64,000 nt of DNA from Hormiphora californensis (lineage: Eukaryota > Animalia > Ctenophora), in assembly GCA_020137815.1 (NCBI GenBank), contig CM035351.1:6386001-6450000 (forward strand), read 5' to 3'. The notes beneath the pieces were generated by a model, which ran no database searches, was not told the origin of the DNA, and saw only the letters and a program-made list of their open reading frames with translations. Position numbers and translations under genes: made by a program. Shown here piece after piece: positions 53,136-64,000 of this stretch (position 1 is the first letter of the stretch; every line of letters begins with the position of its first letter).

Positions 53136-56100
53136 GAATGACACCTTGCTTTTTGAACTTATCTGCACAGGAATAATTGTTTAGAATGGATCAATTTTGT
53201 ATCATAAGGTCTCAATGTCTCATACAACCCTGAGAAAGCTAACTCCCCAACTAACTCTCAATAAACAAAGTGTACAAGAAAGGTCAATTCCTCCTAAATT
53301 TTAGTCTGTCTAGAAGCCAGGCAGAACTATAAAGAGATAACTCGAGTTACAAGAATTACTTGGCGGTCAAACAACCAATGATCTCTTCCCATCATATCTC
53401 CCTATCTTGGCATCTCTATTTCTCTCTATCTGAGATAGTATCCCTTTCATTCTCCCTCTCTAGTCTCTCTCAGTCTCCTGAAGATCAAGATTAAAGTTGC
53501 ACTGATTGTGTAAAACTTCCTGAGAACAAGCAATGTTATAACATTAGATGATTAACCCTTCCCTCTGAGTAAAGAAACAGTACCGAATTATTAGGGGAAT
53601 TATTACAAACCATAACGCTAAATGACTCATTAAATGACGCATTAACAGGGTAAATATAGGAAGCACCGATTGCCAGCTGTATTATAATTAATAGCAATTA
53701 ACTGGAATAATTTATCGGCGGGAATTATAATCTGTCATTGTGCTATTGTTGTTTAGGAAGGAATTAGTGTCCAAATTGAGTGCCTTTGCTTTAAATGCAC
53801 GCTCATTTGGTGAAGAACTAAACTCGCTAATAATTAGGAAACGGGTATGCGTGGCATAGTTTTGTTGAACAATCATTATCATGCCAGGAGTAGTCAGTGT
53901 GACCTGCATTAGCAGTGACAATGTAGCATTATGATTTATGACATTGCATTATATGTGAGTGCAGAGATCTGTTCAAGACATGTGGGAATCTCACATACTA
54001 AACGGGTGGGAAACTAGTGATCACGTGGGAAGATTGGACAGCTCAAGTCAACTTAGTACAGGGTGTCCCACTGTCTTTGTACTAACTTTGTACTGCAGCT
54101 GGATAGTTATAGAACCTTTCCAAACCATACAAAATGTGTCTGTGTTATACTGGTACACGACAGTCGGTACTAAACTTGGACATGGGATTTAACTTTAGTA
54201 TAGCAGTTATAGTCAGCACTATCATCATGAACTATCTCTCATTTCACTGAAGCTATACCATTACATCCCCCTTCTCTATCTATCACTATCGCTCAACAGA
54301 CTGCCACAACTCTACTCTACTATACTACTGCAGCTGCAGATGAAGGTGTAGTGAATTGTTAACGAGATAATGAAGCTAGTTATATTACAGATGCACTGTT
54401 TAATTTCCTTAGACAAAACCAGCTAAAACAAGAACATAAGTATGTATTACTATTTGAATCCTCCTTTTCTATCTCTCTTTGTCTCTCTCCCTTTCTCTAT
54501 CTCTCTTTCGTTTATCAGTTCTAATTCTACCTGACGGCTACCATCCTGAGATCATTAATCGAAACTAAGATACGGTCACGAAAGAAACGAAAATACAAAA
54601 GAAGGAAACATTAAATAATACTGGAAAATTAAATCATGAAGAGGGGAGAAACATGTCGTGAAACAAGCAGTTTCACTTGCAAATTATGTAATTTCCGACA
54701 GGAGAGAAACCGCACCTCTCACACACTGACTAATGACTAACAACATGAGCACATCTAATGAGCACATCTCTCTTTCTCACGATATTTCCTGGTAGGAACC
54801 ATGAGGGATATACCCTGTATCACGCTGAGCGGAGCGATGCTGTCAGAGCATTGTCCTGACTCTATTCTCATTCTTTCAAAGAACCGCGGTCAGAGCATTG
54901 GCCTGACATGAGTGAGGAGAGCTAGAGTGGTCAGGTACTGTCAGGACATCCCTCACACTTCTACAGCTAATATGCAACATGCAAATATTCTGTGATATAT
55001 TCAGGTATTATATAGGGAGTTTCCTGGTTCACGTTGCGAGAGAGGAACTTTGTAATTAAAAGGGTTTATAACTAGTTCTAGCAGGCAGAAAGAGATAGAA
55101 GGAGAGAGAGAGAGAGAGGGAAGATAGATAAGTAGATAGATAGACAAAAAGAGAGATAGACAAAGAGAGAGAACGAGGGGGGAGCCGAAAGAGAGAAAAG
55201 AAAGATAAAACAGAAAATAGAGGTACGTGACTGACTCAGGACTCTGAGAAAAATGGAGTTGCAGAGACCAGAGTAAACTAGGAAATGAGAACTCAAAACT
55301 GTTTTAATTAAGACGTTAATTAAAAAATACGTGTCTAGTACTAAAACTAATTGGCCCAGCAGTTTTATTGCCCTGCCTTCTGTAGACCAGAGAATATAAC
55401 ATGCCCTTCCCTACCGACACACAAATGGTTGGGATGGTAGACTAGGTTTTACTGCACAGCATCAAAAGGCATAATTATGGGTCATTTTGAGAATCAACAA
55501 CCTAATGGGGCCATCTTTGATCATATAATTACACACCAGCCCTCAGCAGTATCTTTCTATATCTCTCTCGACAGTTGACTCTCTGTCTTTCTCTCTCTCC
55601 ACCCGGATATTAAAAAGAGTGTATTGCAGTACGGAAATTGAACCAACATCAGATATATTTCCATTTTCCAATGGGGGAGAACTAGTACTAAAAGACAAGC
55701 CAGAAATTAGCAATTATTCTCAGGGACGCTCATCGAGTTTATTGTTCAAATGATGAGTGTGAAATAACACTTTCGATAATCATATCGGATTGTGAATGCA
55801 ATAAGTGGCAATAAACAATATTGCTCTAGCAGAGTGAAGCTTACTAGGTAACTATAAGAAAACACACTTCTATATTACAGCAATGTATACAAACACGGCC
55901 TTATGACTATTCGAGTGCAAAACAAGAATCGTTTCACTAGAGATACGAAAGTACACAGTATAATGTTTCTAAAAGTAAAAAGAGCGTGGGAATAAAATCG
56001 GAAACCTAATGGGGATGGATCTAGTAGCTAATAGTGAATAAAAGAAAACGAAAAGCAGATCAAACCAGATCGTATGCTATTTCATTTTGATCAAGTTTGG

Positions 56101-56481
56101 GACCGGGAAGGACACACACCCTCCTATCTCTACTGGGAGAGTAAACTATCTGAATGACCAAACACACATTGCACACAATTTAGCTGACGTTTAAGAATGC
56201 AGAGCAACACTCAACAGTTTCCCTATCTGTACAATAACCCCGTAATAACTATCTCTATACATATTTCTATTTCTCATTATCTCTCTCTCTACCTCTCTCT
56301 CTGCAGCAGGAGATATTAGACGGAAATGCTGGATGGGAGCTGATATGAAGAGAAATTATAATATCCTACGCTCTCTATCTACCTAAGCAGGTAGGAGTAC
56401 TCCTTATAATTTTACCCCACTGTCGGCTCTCTGTTTCTCTATACCTATCTCTTTCTATTCCATCCCCATTTGTTCTTTTAA

Positions 56482-57854
56482 AGGGATACTGACATATTCA
56501 AATCGACCATCTCAAATTTTAATAAAACATTGCTCAATGACATCATCTGAGAGAATAAATACATTGTGTCGAAGTCCGAGCTCTCTACTCCCTCTACTTC
56601 TCAAGATATGGGGTCCCAAATATTAACACCCACTAATTGGTTTGGGTAAGAGGAGGAGACCAGCATTACAGATTACAGGTAAACACGAGCCTGTTTATAT
56701 GTCATTATCTCAGCTAATACACATGCGATTTTGACCGGGTTTTTTCTAAAAACTTTAAGACCACTTCTAGTTTCCGTTTTTGGTTTCCATTTGTCTCTAG
56801 ACTTGTCATGAATAGATAGAACTATATCTAAGCAAGACGGTGATTTTTTTTGAAATGTATGCCTTCTTAGAACAATATTATCATGGTATTCAGTAACTAA
56901 TGTCAATAAAATTTGGCTGTACTTCCTCAATTTTACATCAAGATGTTAATATTTATCCCACAGTCAATAACATAGTCAATAGTTATTAACTATTCAGCCC
57001 TGAAATGAATATTGTATCCTAGGAGAGTATAAACTGAAAAATTTAGGCAACTAATTGGTATAAAAGGCAAAACCACTATACCCGACTAATTTTGATACGT
57101 TGAATCACATAAGCAACTTTGGCAAGCGCTCAGGGGTGGAGAAAGTGCCCTAATTGAGCATAATCGGGTCTAAGTGATCGTAACTGTAACTTATCGCATG
57201 AAAATGCTATCAGTTCATGTGAGAGCACTATCCCCACTAATTTTGATACGCTGAATCACGTAAGCGGCGTTTCCAAGCCGTCAGAGGTGAAGAAAGTGTC
57301 CTAATTGAGCATTATTCAGTCTAATTGGCAATAATTGCATTTTTCAAATGGAAATGCTAAAAGATCGTGTGAGGGCACTTTACACACTAATTTTGATACG
57401 TTGAATCACTTGAGCAACTTTTACAAGTCCTCAGAGGTCGGCAAAGTGCTCTAATTGATCATAATTGGGTCTAATTGACAATTCACTCCAGTTCACCTCA
57501 AACTGCAAAGTTTACTTGTTTATTTACTGATTTATTTATGATTCTGATACATCATATGAAAATACTAAAAATTTTAAACATTTCTGACTTTCAGAAAAAA
57601 ATCCGATCAAAATCGTGCATGTGAAAGTTGAGATATTGATAGATAACATACTCATGTTTACATGTAATTTGCAATACGGCTCTCCCTCTATACCCAAACC
57701 AATTAAGAAGTGATAAAAGGTGGGGCCCTGTATCTTGAGAACGAGAGGGAGTAGAGAGTTCACACTTCGACTCATCGTATTTTTATCTCCCAACCAGTTA
57801 CCACACCCAGGATCGTTGAAAAAGTCAAACATTTTTGAATATGTCAGTATCCCT
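56482..57854. mobile_element. Kolobok-like non-autonomous DNA transposon
   Basis: TTAA TSD (56478-56481, 57855-57858), 21-bp TIR AGGGATACTGACATATTCAAA with purine-purine termini, internal ~150-bp repeats x3 (57086-57480). Confidence 0.8.
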
Positions 57855-58158
57855 TTAACTTACTATTCCCTAGACATTCGATTGGAAAGCTCTTAAATAG
57901 TTAAATTTTCGAAGGAGAACTCTGAAGGAGAGGAATTTCGATTTTAAACCCGAAAATAATTTCGGTAGAAATTGTGATTAATTGATCTAAAACTTGGCAC
58001 TCTTGAATATTGATGTGCAAAGGACGGTCACAAGCGGGGAGAATGAATATGATGTGTTATACTGGCATTATCGCTATTTATATCATAGGGATATTAGGGA
58101 TATTAGGGATATTAGGCTACAAGGAGAGGGATAGGGTACACAGGGAGGTACTAGGACT

Positions 58159-58282
<124 letters not shown>

Positions 58283-58816
58283 AATATTCCGCCTACACCG
58301 TCCAGGGGTAGCAGATCAATAGATTTAACTACTCCACTGACGGCAATCAGCCCGGAAAATCACTCTCTTGAAACTTTCAAATGAAAAAAAAAACTTAACG
58401 GCTCACACATAAACTCAAAGGCCTTTGAATTATTTACACTTTATTTTTTATTCTTCCGTGCGGAGCGCAGACAGTGTCAGGCGACTTAACAAGGCCTATA
58501 ACATGTATAAATAGATGCCAAAAAGGTGCGTGAGCTCATAATATGTAACACTATAATTACTACTCTCCTAGCTACTTATCCCTCGTTACTTGAGGACATA
58601 GGAGGAATATAGAACAAGTAAATGGGGGGGGGGGGGTAAGCAATTAGAAATCTGACAGTATGGGAAATAAAAGGTAATTAACTAAATTCTACCGTTGTCT
58701 TGAGAAGAAAAAAGTTACAAAACTCTCTTCCAGGGAAGACGCTCTCTCTCCCCACTCTCTCCCTTTCTCTCTCTTTTTCTCTCCCTCTCTCCCTTTCTCT
58801 CTCTCCCCACACTCTC

Positions 58817-58856
<40 letters not shown>

Positions 58857-58978
58857 CTACAGAAACCACCAGCTAGTTATTGAGAAATTATACGGTAACT
58901 GACTAAACAGCACAACTCCTCAACTAACTACATATCATGGTACAATATGATATACCACGATATAATGTAGATATGTAT

Positions 58979-59066
58979 GACACTTTCTAAAAGATCTTAT
59001 GACTGATCTTATGACTGATATAATATATCATTCAAAGATCAGTCATAAGATCTTTTAGAAAGTGTC
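58979..59066. repeat. Perfect 32-bp inverted repeat with a 24-nt loop
   Basis: GACACTTTCTAAAAGATCTTATGACTGATCTT / AAGATCAGTCATAAGATCTTTTAGAAAGTGTC. Confidence 0.9.
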
Positions 59067-59943
59067 CAGGGAGACACCCTGAACTAAACTAATATTATGA
59101 CTAAACTCGAGATAATGCACACGGAGACACATGTATAATGCACGTATAAATATTCCTAATTACAACAACACGCCACACACATAGATACAGGTCTCCATCA
59201 AGGAGGAGCCATAAACAGATCAGGAGAAAAACTAATAAATGTTTAGGCTTTGGATTATAGCAGCAATGTTTTGTTATTTTCTAACCCTCTTAGAAGTGTC
59301 ACGCGGTGAGAGAAGGTCCAGCAGGGCCGGGGTTTTTAGGGCAAACTTGCCTGGCTAGACTGTGTTTCGGGCGCCCCGCACCCGAAACACCTACCTTTAC
59401 AAATGTAAAGGTAGGGTTAGAACATAACAAGGGCAAACTAGAAGTTTTAATTCACAACCAAAATAGCAACACCCAGTATGTGCACATCGCCTTATAGTTT
59501 TGGTAAAAAGTGTTGTCTCGGGATAAGGTGTTTTTTCTCTTTTCTCTCTGACTGCGTGGTAGCTGGGTAACTTAATTTAGTAGTTGGGTGTGGGTGTGTC
59601 TGCATGTTTGTTAACAAAGCTAAATATTGTCTAATCTAATAGGGGGGAATACAAATTCAAATAATCTTAGTACAAAAACAATCATTTTATAACAGCTTGG
59701 TTTTGCACCACTCTTCTTTAACCAGAAGTGTTTAAAAAAATCAACTCTGTGACTCTCTTGAATTGGCTGGTTCACTCTTGCAGTCTCTTTCTCTCTTCTA
59801 CCCATACTTAGATCAAGGTAAAACTAAACTCTCTCTCATTGTTTTATTTACACATGTCAGCTTGTGAATCATTTCACCGTCCAAATCAGTCATGTTTTCC
59901 AATTTATTTCACGGTCCAAATCAGTCATGTTTTCCAATTTCCC

Positions 59944-62900
59944 TCATTTCCTTGATGACGACAGAGCGGATCGAGAGGGTAGCCGGCTGGGAAGTTTGGA
60001 TCTCAGCCCAGAACCTGGTTTAGGAATTCCACTCCTTGCAACTGGCTGCTTGATGACCGGCTTCACATTTTCACTATCCTCCCCCTCCTCAGGGGTCTTA
60101 CTGACGGGTTGTCTAGTGACAGGTTTAACCAGGCCAGGTTTAGCGACAGGTTTAATCTCACCAACCCTTGACACCTTGGGTTTTTCAACTGTACTCGTGG
60201 TCTTGGGACCTTTATTTTCAACTGATCCTAGTACAGATCGTCGAAGTTCAGGTTTCGGTTTATCTGCTACCTTCTTTAAATCAGACCGGCGTGACAGGGC
60301 CGGTTTAGGTGGAGCTCCAGTTGGAGGTTTAGATGATGTTCCCACTGTTTTTGGTGCTGATGATGTAACAGAGGAGACCCGGGGCTTTTTCACCGGTCCA
60401 ATCTTTGTATCCATGACAACCGACTTGGTTTTTGTATCTACAGGTTTGGTCTTGGCAGCAGTTGGTTTCGCTTTTACCAGTCCCCTTTTCTCGGCGGTTG
60501 GTGGAGCACGAGGGGATGGAAGAGTTTTAGGTGGTGCCTTGGGTGGTGCTCGTGGTGACATGGGCACTCTGGCTCGGGCTGGGGATGACGGGAAACGAGC
60601 CCGGGGTGACTCAGGTACCGTCCTAACCGGCCTTTTGGGAGGTGTGGCTGGAACTCTAGTTGATGGGTCAGATTTCACTGGCGTCATTCGACCCTCAAAC
60701 GATTGGGATTTCTTGGGAGTTCCGGGTCGGGGGCTCATTGGACCACGGGATGAGGAATGGAGATGGGGCCGGGGACTGGGTGGGATCCAGGGTTGCCTCA
60801 TATCACCAACTGAGGGAAGAGAGATTTGGTAACTAATATTTTTCCATAATTAGCATTTATATGAGCATAACTTGAAGGCACTTACCGCTACATGATTTGG
60901 GTACGGGACTTCCGGGTACTTTCACTGGTGTGGATACCTTCTCCCGGAAGGCAGAGAACGCATCAGTACTTGGAACTTCACCATCGAATCTGGTAATATG
61001 AATAAATTATGGGATGTAATGAGGAGATGACGTAGCTCCAAGATCTTGGGATAAGAGCCAAGAGGGGATATAATAGGGTATCTTAGAGATGATAGTATAG
61101 ACGAGAAGCGTGCACGATATTACAATCAGAGCCTGACAAACACGAGCATAGTTTATATACTTATTCCAAGTGTTATCAGAACGGATCTCTTACCTCTTAG
61201 GGGCCATACAGGGTAAAGTGGATGGTCTCGGTTTGGTCGGTGTCTTTGAGGGAGAGTTGTAGCTACGTCTGAGGGGGAGACGAATGGTTATAATGCTTCT
61301 AAAGCAACATCATCACGGGCTAATATATTTACTCTCTGTGTATCTACTCACTCTCTGTCTCCCTCCTCAAATTTAATCGCGGATAAGAGATACCCACCAC
61401 TGCTTTGCTTGTCATGTTACTGTTGCTGCTAGTATGCCTCTCACTAACACGGGCTGAAGAGGAGACCCAGGGTGCAGGAGGGGGCAGTCTGACTACTGTA
61501 CCGAGCAATGTTGCCATGCCAAAATCTACCACTCTTGATAGCTCGATGGAGGCGAGAAACGGGGATAAGAATAAAAAGGATAAAAATAAAAAGGAGGATA
61601 TAACAGTTGCTGGAACTGAGAAACTGGGAACAGAGCCACCGGACAATACAACCCTATCTCAAAACGTGGAGATGAACTATACTACTACACCCGGACAGAA
61701 ATCTCAGAACAACACATTAGGAGGAGAAGTGAACACTACTACAGAGGTTCAGGTGAACACTACGCAACAGGGGCTCCTGAATGTTACAGCAGAGATGGGG
61801 AACACTACTACACAGACCCAACTAAACACCACAACCGAGATAGTGAATACTACAATAGCAGAGGCCCAACTAAACACTACAACAGAGGCCCAACTAAATA
61901 TTACAACAGAGACCCAGCTAAATAATACTACAGCAGGGGTACAATTAGACACATCAGCAGGGGTACAATTGGACAAATCAGCTGCAGAGGATACCACTAC
62001 TATGATGGTGAACCCTGGTATTGTTTTCACTACTGAAGCTCCAGATACTGCTAATAATACTGTGGAACAGTCCAGTACAACTGGGGAATTGAACAAGAGC
62101 AACCGAGAGAGTGCAACTACAGGGGCTGATGGTGGGGTAAATAGTACTACTGGGGCTGCAGGATCAGGTGATTCGACCAGTGATGGAGGGGATAACACCA
62201 CCACAGGGTGGCAGCAAGATAAGAACACCATGGGACCGAATACTACAACTGATGTTCAGAAAGAGGGTGGTGATGGGGGCACAGCACAGGACCCTGTACA
62301 CGAGGAACTGGGTAGGTAGACATGATGTTAGATTGTAGTTTTGATGTCGTTGATGTTTAACATCACAATCCCCCCTTTCAGAGCAAAGTAGTGCGATGGG
62401 ATCATTTCCTGGATTAATGTGTCTAAGTTTCTTCTACTGCTGCAGCCTACTGTTAGTCTGATCACCCTTTTGAAAAACTCAGAACTACACTACTTTCAAT
62501 GTACCGGGTGTGGCATTATTTACCAATAACCTGATAACTTACCCTCCAGCAGTTCTTGTTGAAATTGGGGTTGATTGCATCTTAATATTCTTGCCCTTAT
62601 ACCTCTGAAGACAATAAGCATGGTTAATTGTAAATTATATTAATCAATCCAATCAAAGATGTTAATTTTTAAACAGTTAGGCAGTGTATTCGAATTTTCG
62701 AACGGATCCCACGCGCAAGCGGGACAGGGTATTCTCCCTGTAAAGAAGTTGTCGCGCGTTACATACCGGTTCAGGAGCCTTGTAGATCTGTTTGAGGATG
62801 CGTCTCTCTGTTTCCCCGAACAAAACCGAGGGAGTGTTGACATCTGTTGTGAGTTGATCATCTACTGTTGAGATACAGCTGGGCGAGAGAAGACCGGGGG

Positions 62901-64000
62901 AATCTGCAAAACGGAGCTGTTTAACCCTGTTTTTGCTACCTCCAGTTGCACTGCGGAGTGGGGTGATGAGATCTGATTTCTCAGCTGCCATTTCTGGGGT
63001 CACAAATCCATCCTCCACAGGTCTTGTTGCTGGTTCTGAGGGTTGCTGATTGGTGACTGGTAGGACCTGGCGTGACTCTTGGTGATCATCAATTGGGATA
63101 GGTTGTGAAGTTTCCACAGGTGGGGTATCTTCTTCTTCTCTATCAGCAGTAGCAACTGGAGGTGGTTCAGTGGTAGAAACTAGATCCACATGTGATGGTG
63201 AGGTCTCTGGTTCAGCAGGAATAGGGGCAGGCTGCTGTTCGATAGGGGCAGGCTGCTGGACGCCTATTTCTTCAACTGCATCACACATTTCATCTACTTC
63301 CATTTCTTCACAACACTCCACTGACTCAGTTGGTTCAGCCACCCCGGGTGTCTTCACAGCCACTTCATATTCCCCAACCTTCCCAGTTGTCTCATGAGGG
63401 AGAGGTTTGGTGGAGTCTACAGGGATGGTTTTTTCTAATTGTGGAATCACAGGGGTGGTGGATTCTGCGATAATAGGAGTGGAGGTTGCTAGTGCGAATT
63501 GTTCCTCAACTTCCATCTCTTCGTCCATGCACTCGTGGTACTCGGACATAGATATCTCGAGAGGTAAAGTAGCAACGGGTTCCTTAGCAACAAACTGTTC
63601 CTCAGCAACAACCTGTTCTTTGGCAACAACGGGTTCCTCAGCAACAACCTGTTCCTCAGCAACAAACTGTTCCTTAGTAACAACGGGTCCCTCAGCAACA
63701 ATATGTTCCTTGGCAACAACCGGTTCCTTAACAACAAGGAGTTCCTTAGCAACAACCGGTTCCTCGGCGATAACCGGTTTTTCAGCAACAATCTGTTCCT
63801 TGGCAACAACCGGTTCCTCCGGAACAACTGGTTCCTTAGCAACAACCGGTTCCTCAGCAGCAACAACTGGTTCCTCGGCAACAATCGGTTCCTCGCGAAC
63901 AACTGGTTCCTCGGCAACAACTGGTTCCTCTGCAACAGCAGGTTTCTTAGCAACCGGTTCCTCTGCAACAAACTGTTCCTCAGGGACAACAGGTTCCTTA
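59944..64000 (-). CDS. 5'-incomplete MAP/+TIP-like disordered protein (acidic EEPVVA repeats, basic Pro-rich tail with SxIP-like motifs)
   Basis: Exons >64000-62713, 62604-62543, 61268-61194, 60989-60886 and 60809-59944 join in phase (0/2/2/1). The tail contains SGIP, SKLP and SRLP. Confidence 0.8.
61414..62461 (+). CDS. Nested GPI-anchored mucin-like glycoprotein
   Basis: Exon 61414-62311 has signal peptide MLLLLLVCLSLTRA, is Thr-rich and has many NxT sequons. Exon 62382-62461 encodes EQSSAMGSFPGLMCLSFFYCCSLLLV*. The junction is phase 1. Confidence 0.82.

Noticed and set aside
59864-60832. 322-aa plus-strand ORF
   Set aside because: It is the antisense shadow of the last exon of the minus-strand gene.
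63489-63989. (RNRLLL)n ORF
   Set aside because: It is an alternative frame of the EEPVVA coding repeat, which is continuous with ORF 62677..63549.

Overview
Eukaryotic, intron-rich animal DNA, probably from a ctenophore. That assignment rests on a 35-nt match, recalled from memory, to the ctenophore spliced-leader exon at 33707 and 36366. Genes reconstructed by hand from GT-AG junctions and phase continuity: the 3' eight exons of ILF2/NF45 (44-3985, +); two tandem two-pore-channel (TPC-like) paralogs, one truncated (28863-~31950) and one long (37370-50970) with a non-canonical filter and a ~620-aa tail; a GPI-anchored Ly6/three-finger gene (-, 51669-53135) whose exon-2 donor is amplified into 25 in-frame copies; a MAP/+TIP-like gene (-, 59944->64000); and a GPI-mucin gene nested antisense in one of that gene's introns. 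Mobile DNA includes a near-complete CRE-like RLE non-LTR retrotransposon with an N-terminal PHD finger, LINE remnants, and pogo/Tc1-, hAT-, Mutator- and Kolobok-type non-autonomous elements, plus many mini- and microsatellites. Several stretches (about 5400-6900, 12700-13930, 23940-27400, 28140-28440, 31500-31950) look like low-quality sequence, so frameshifts in this window may be assembly errors. The best leads are tandem amplification of splice junctions, a genomic SL-like exon with a donor upstream of the TPC gene, and the atypical TPC.
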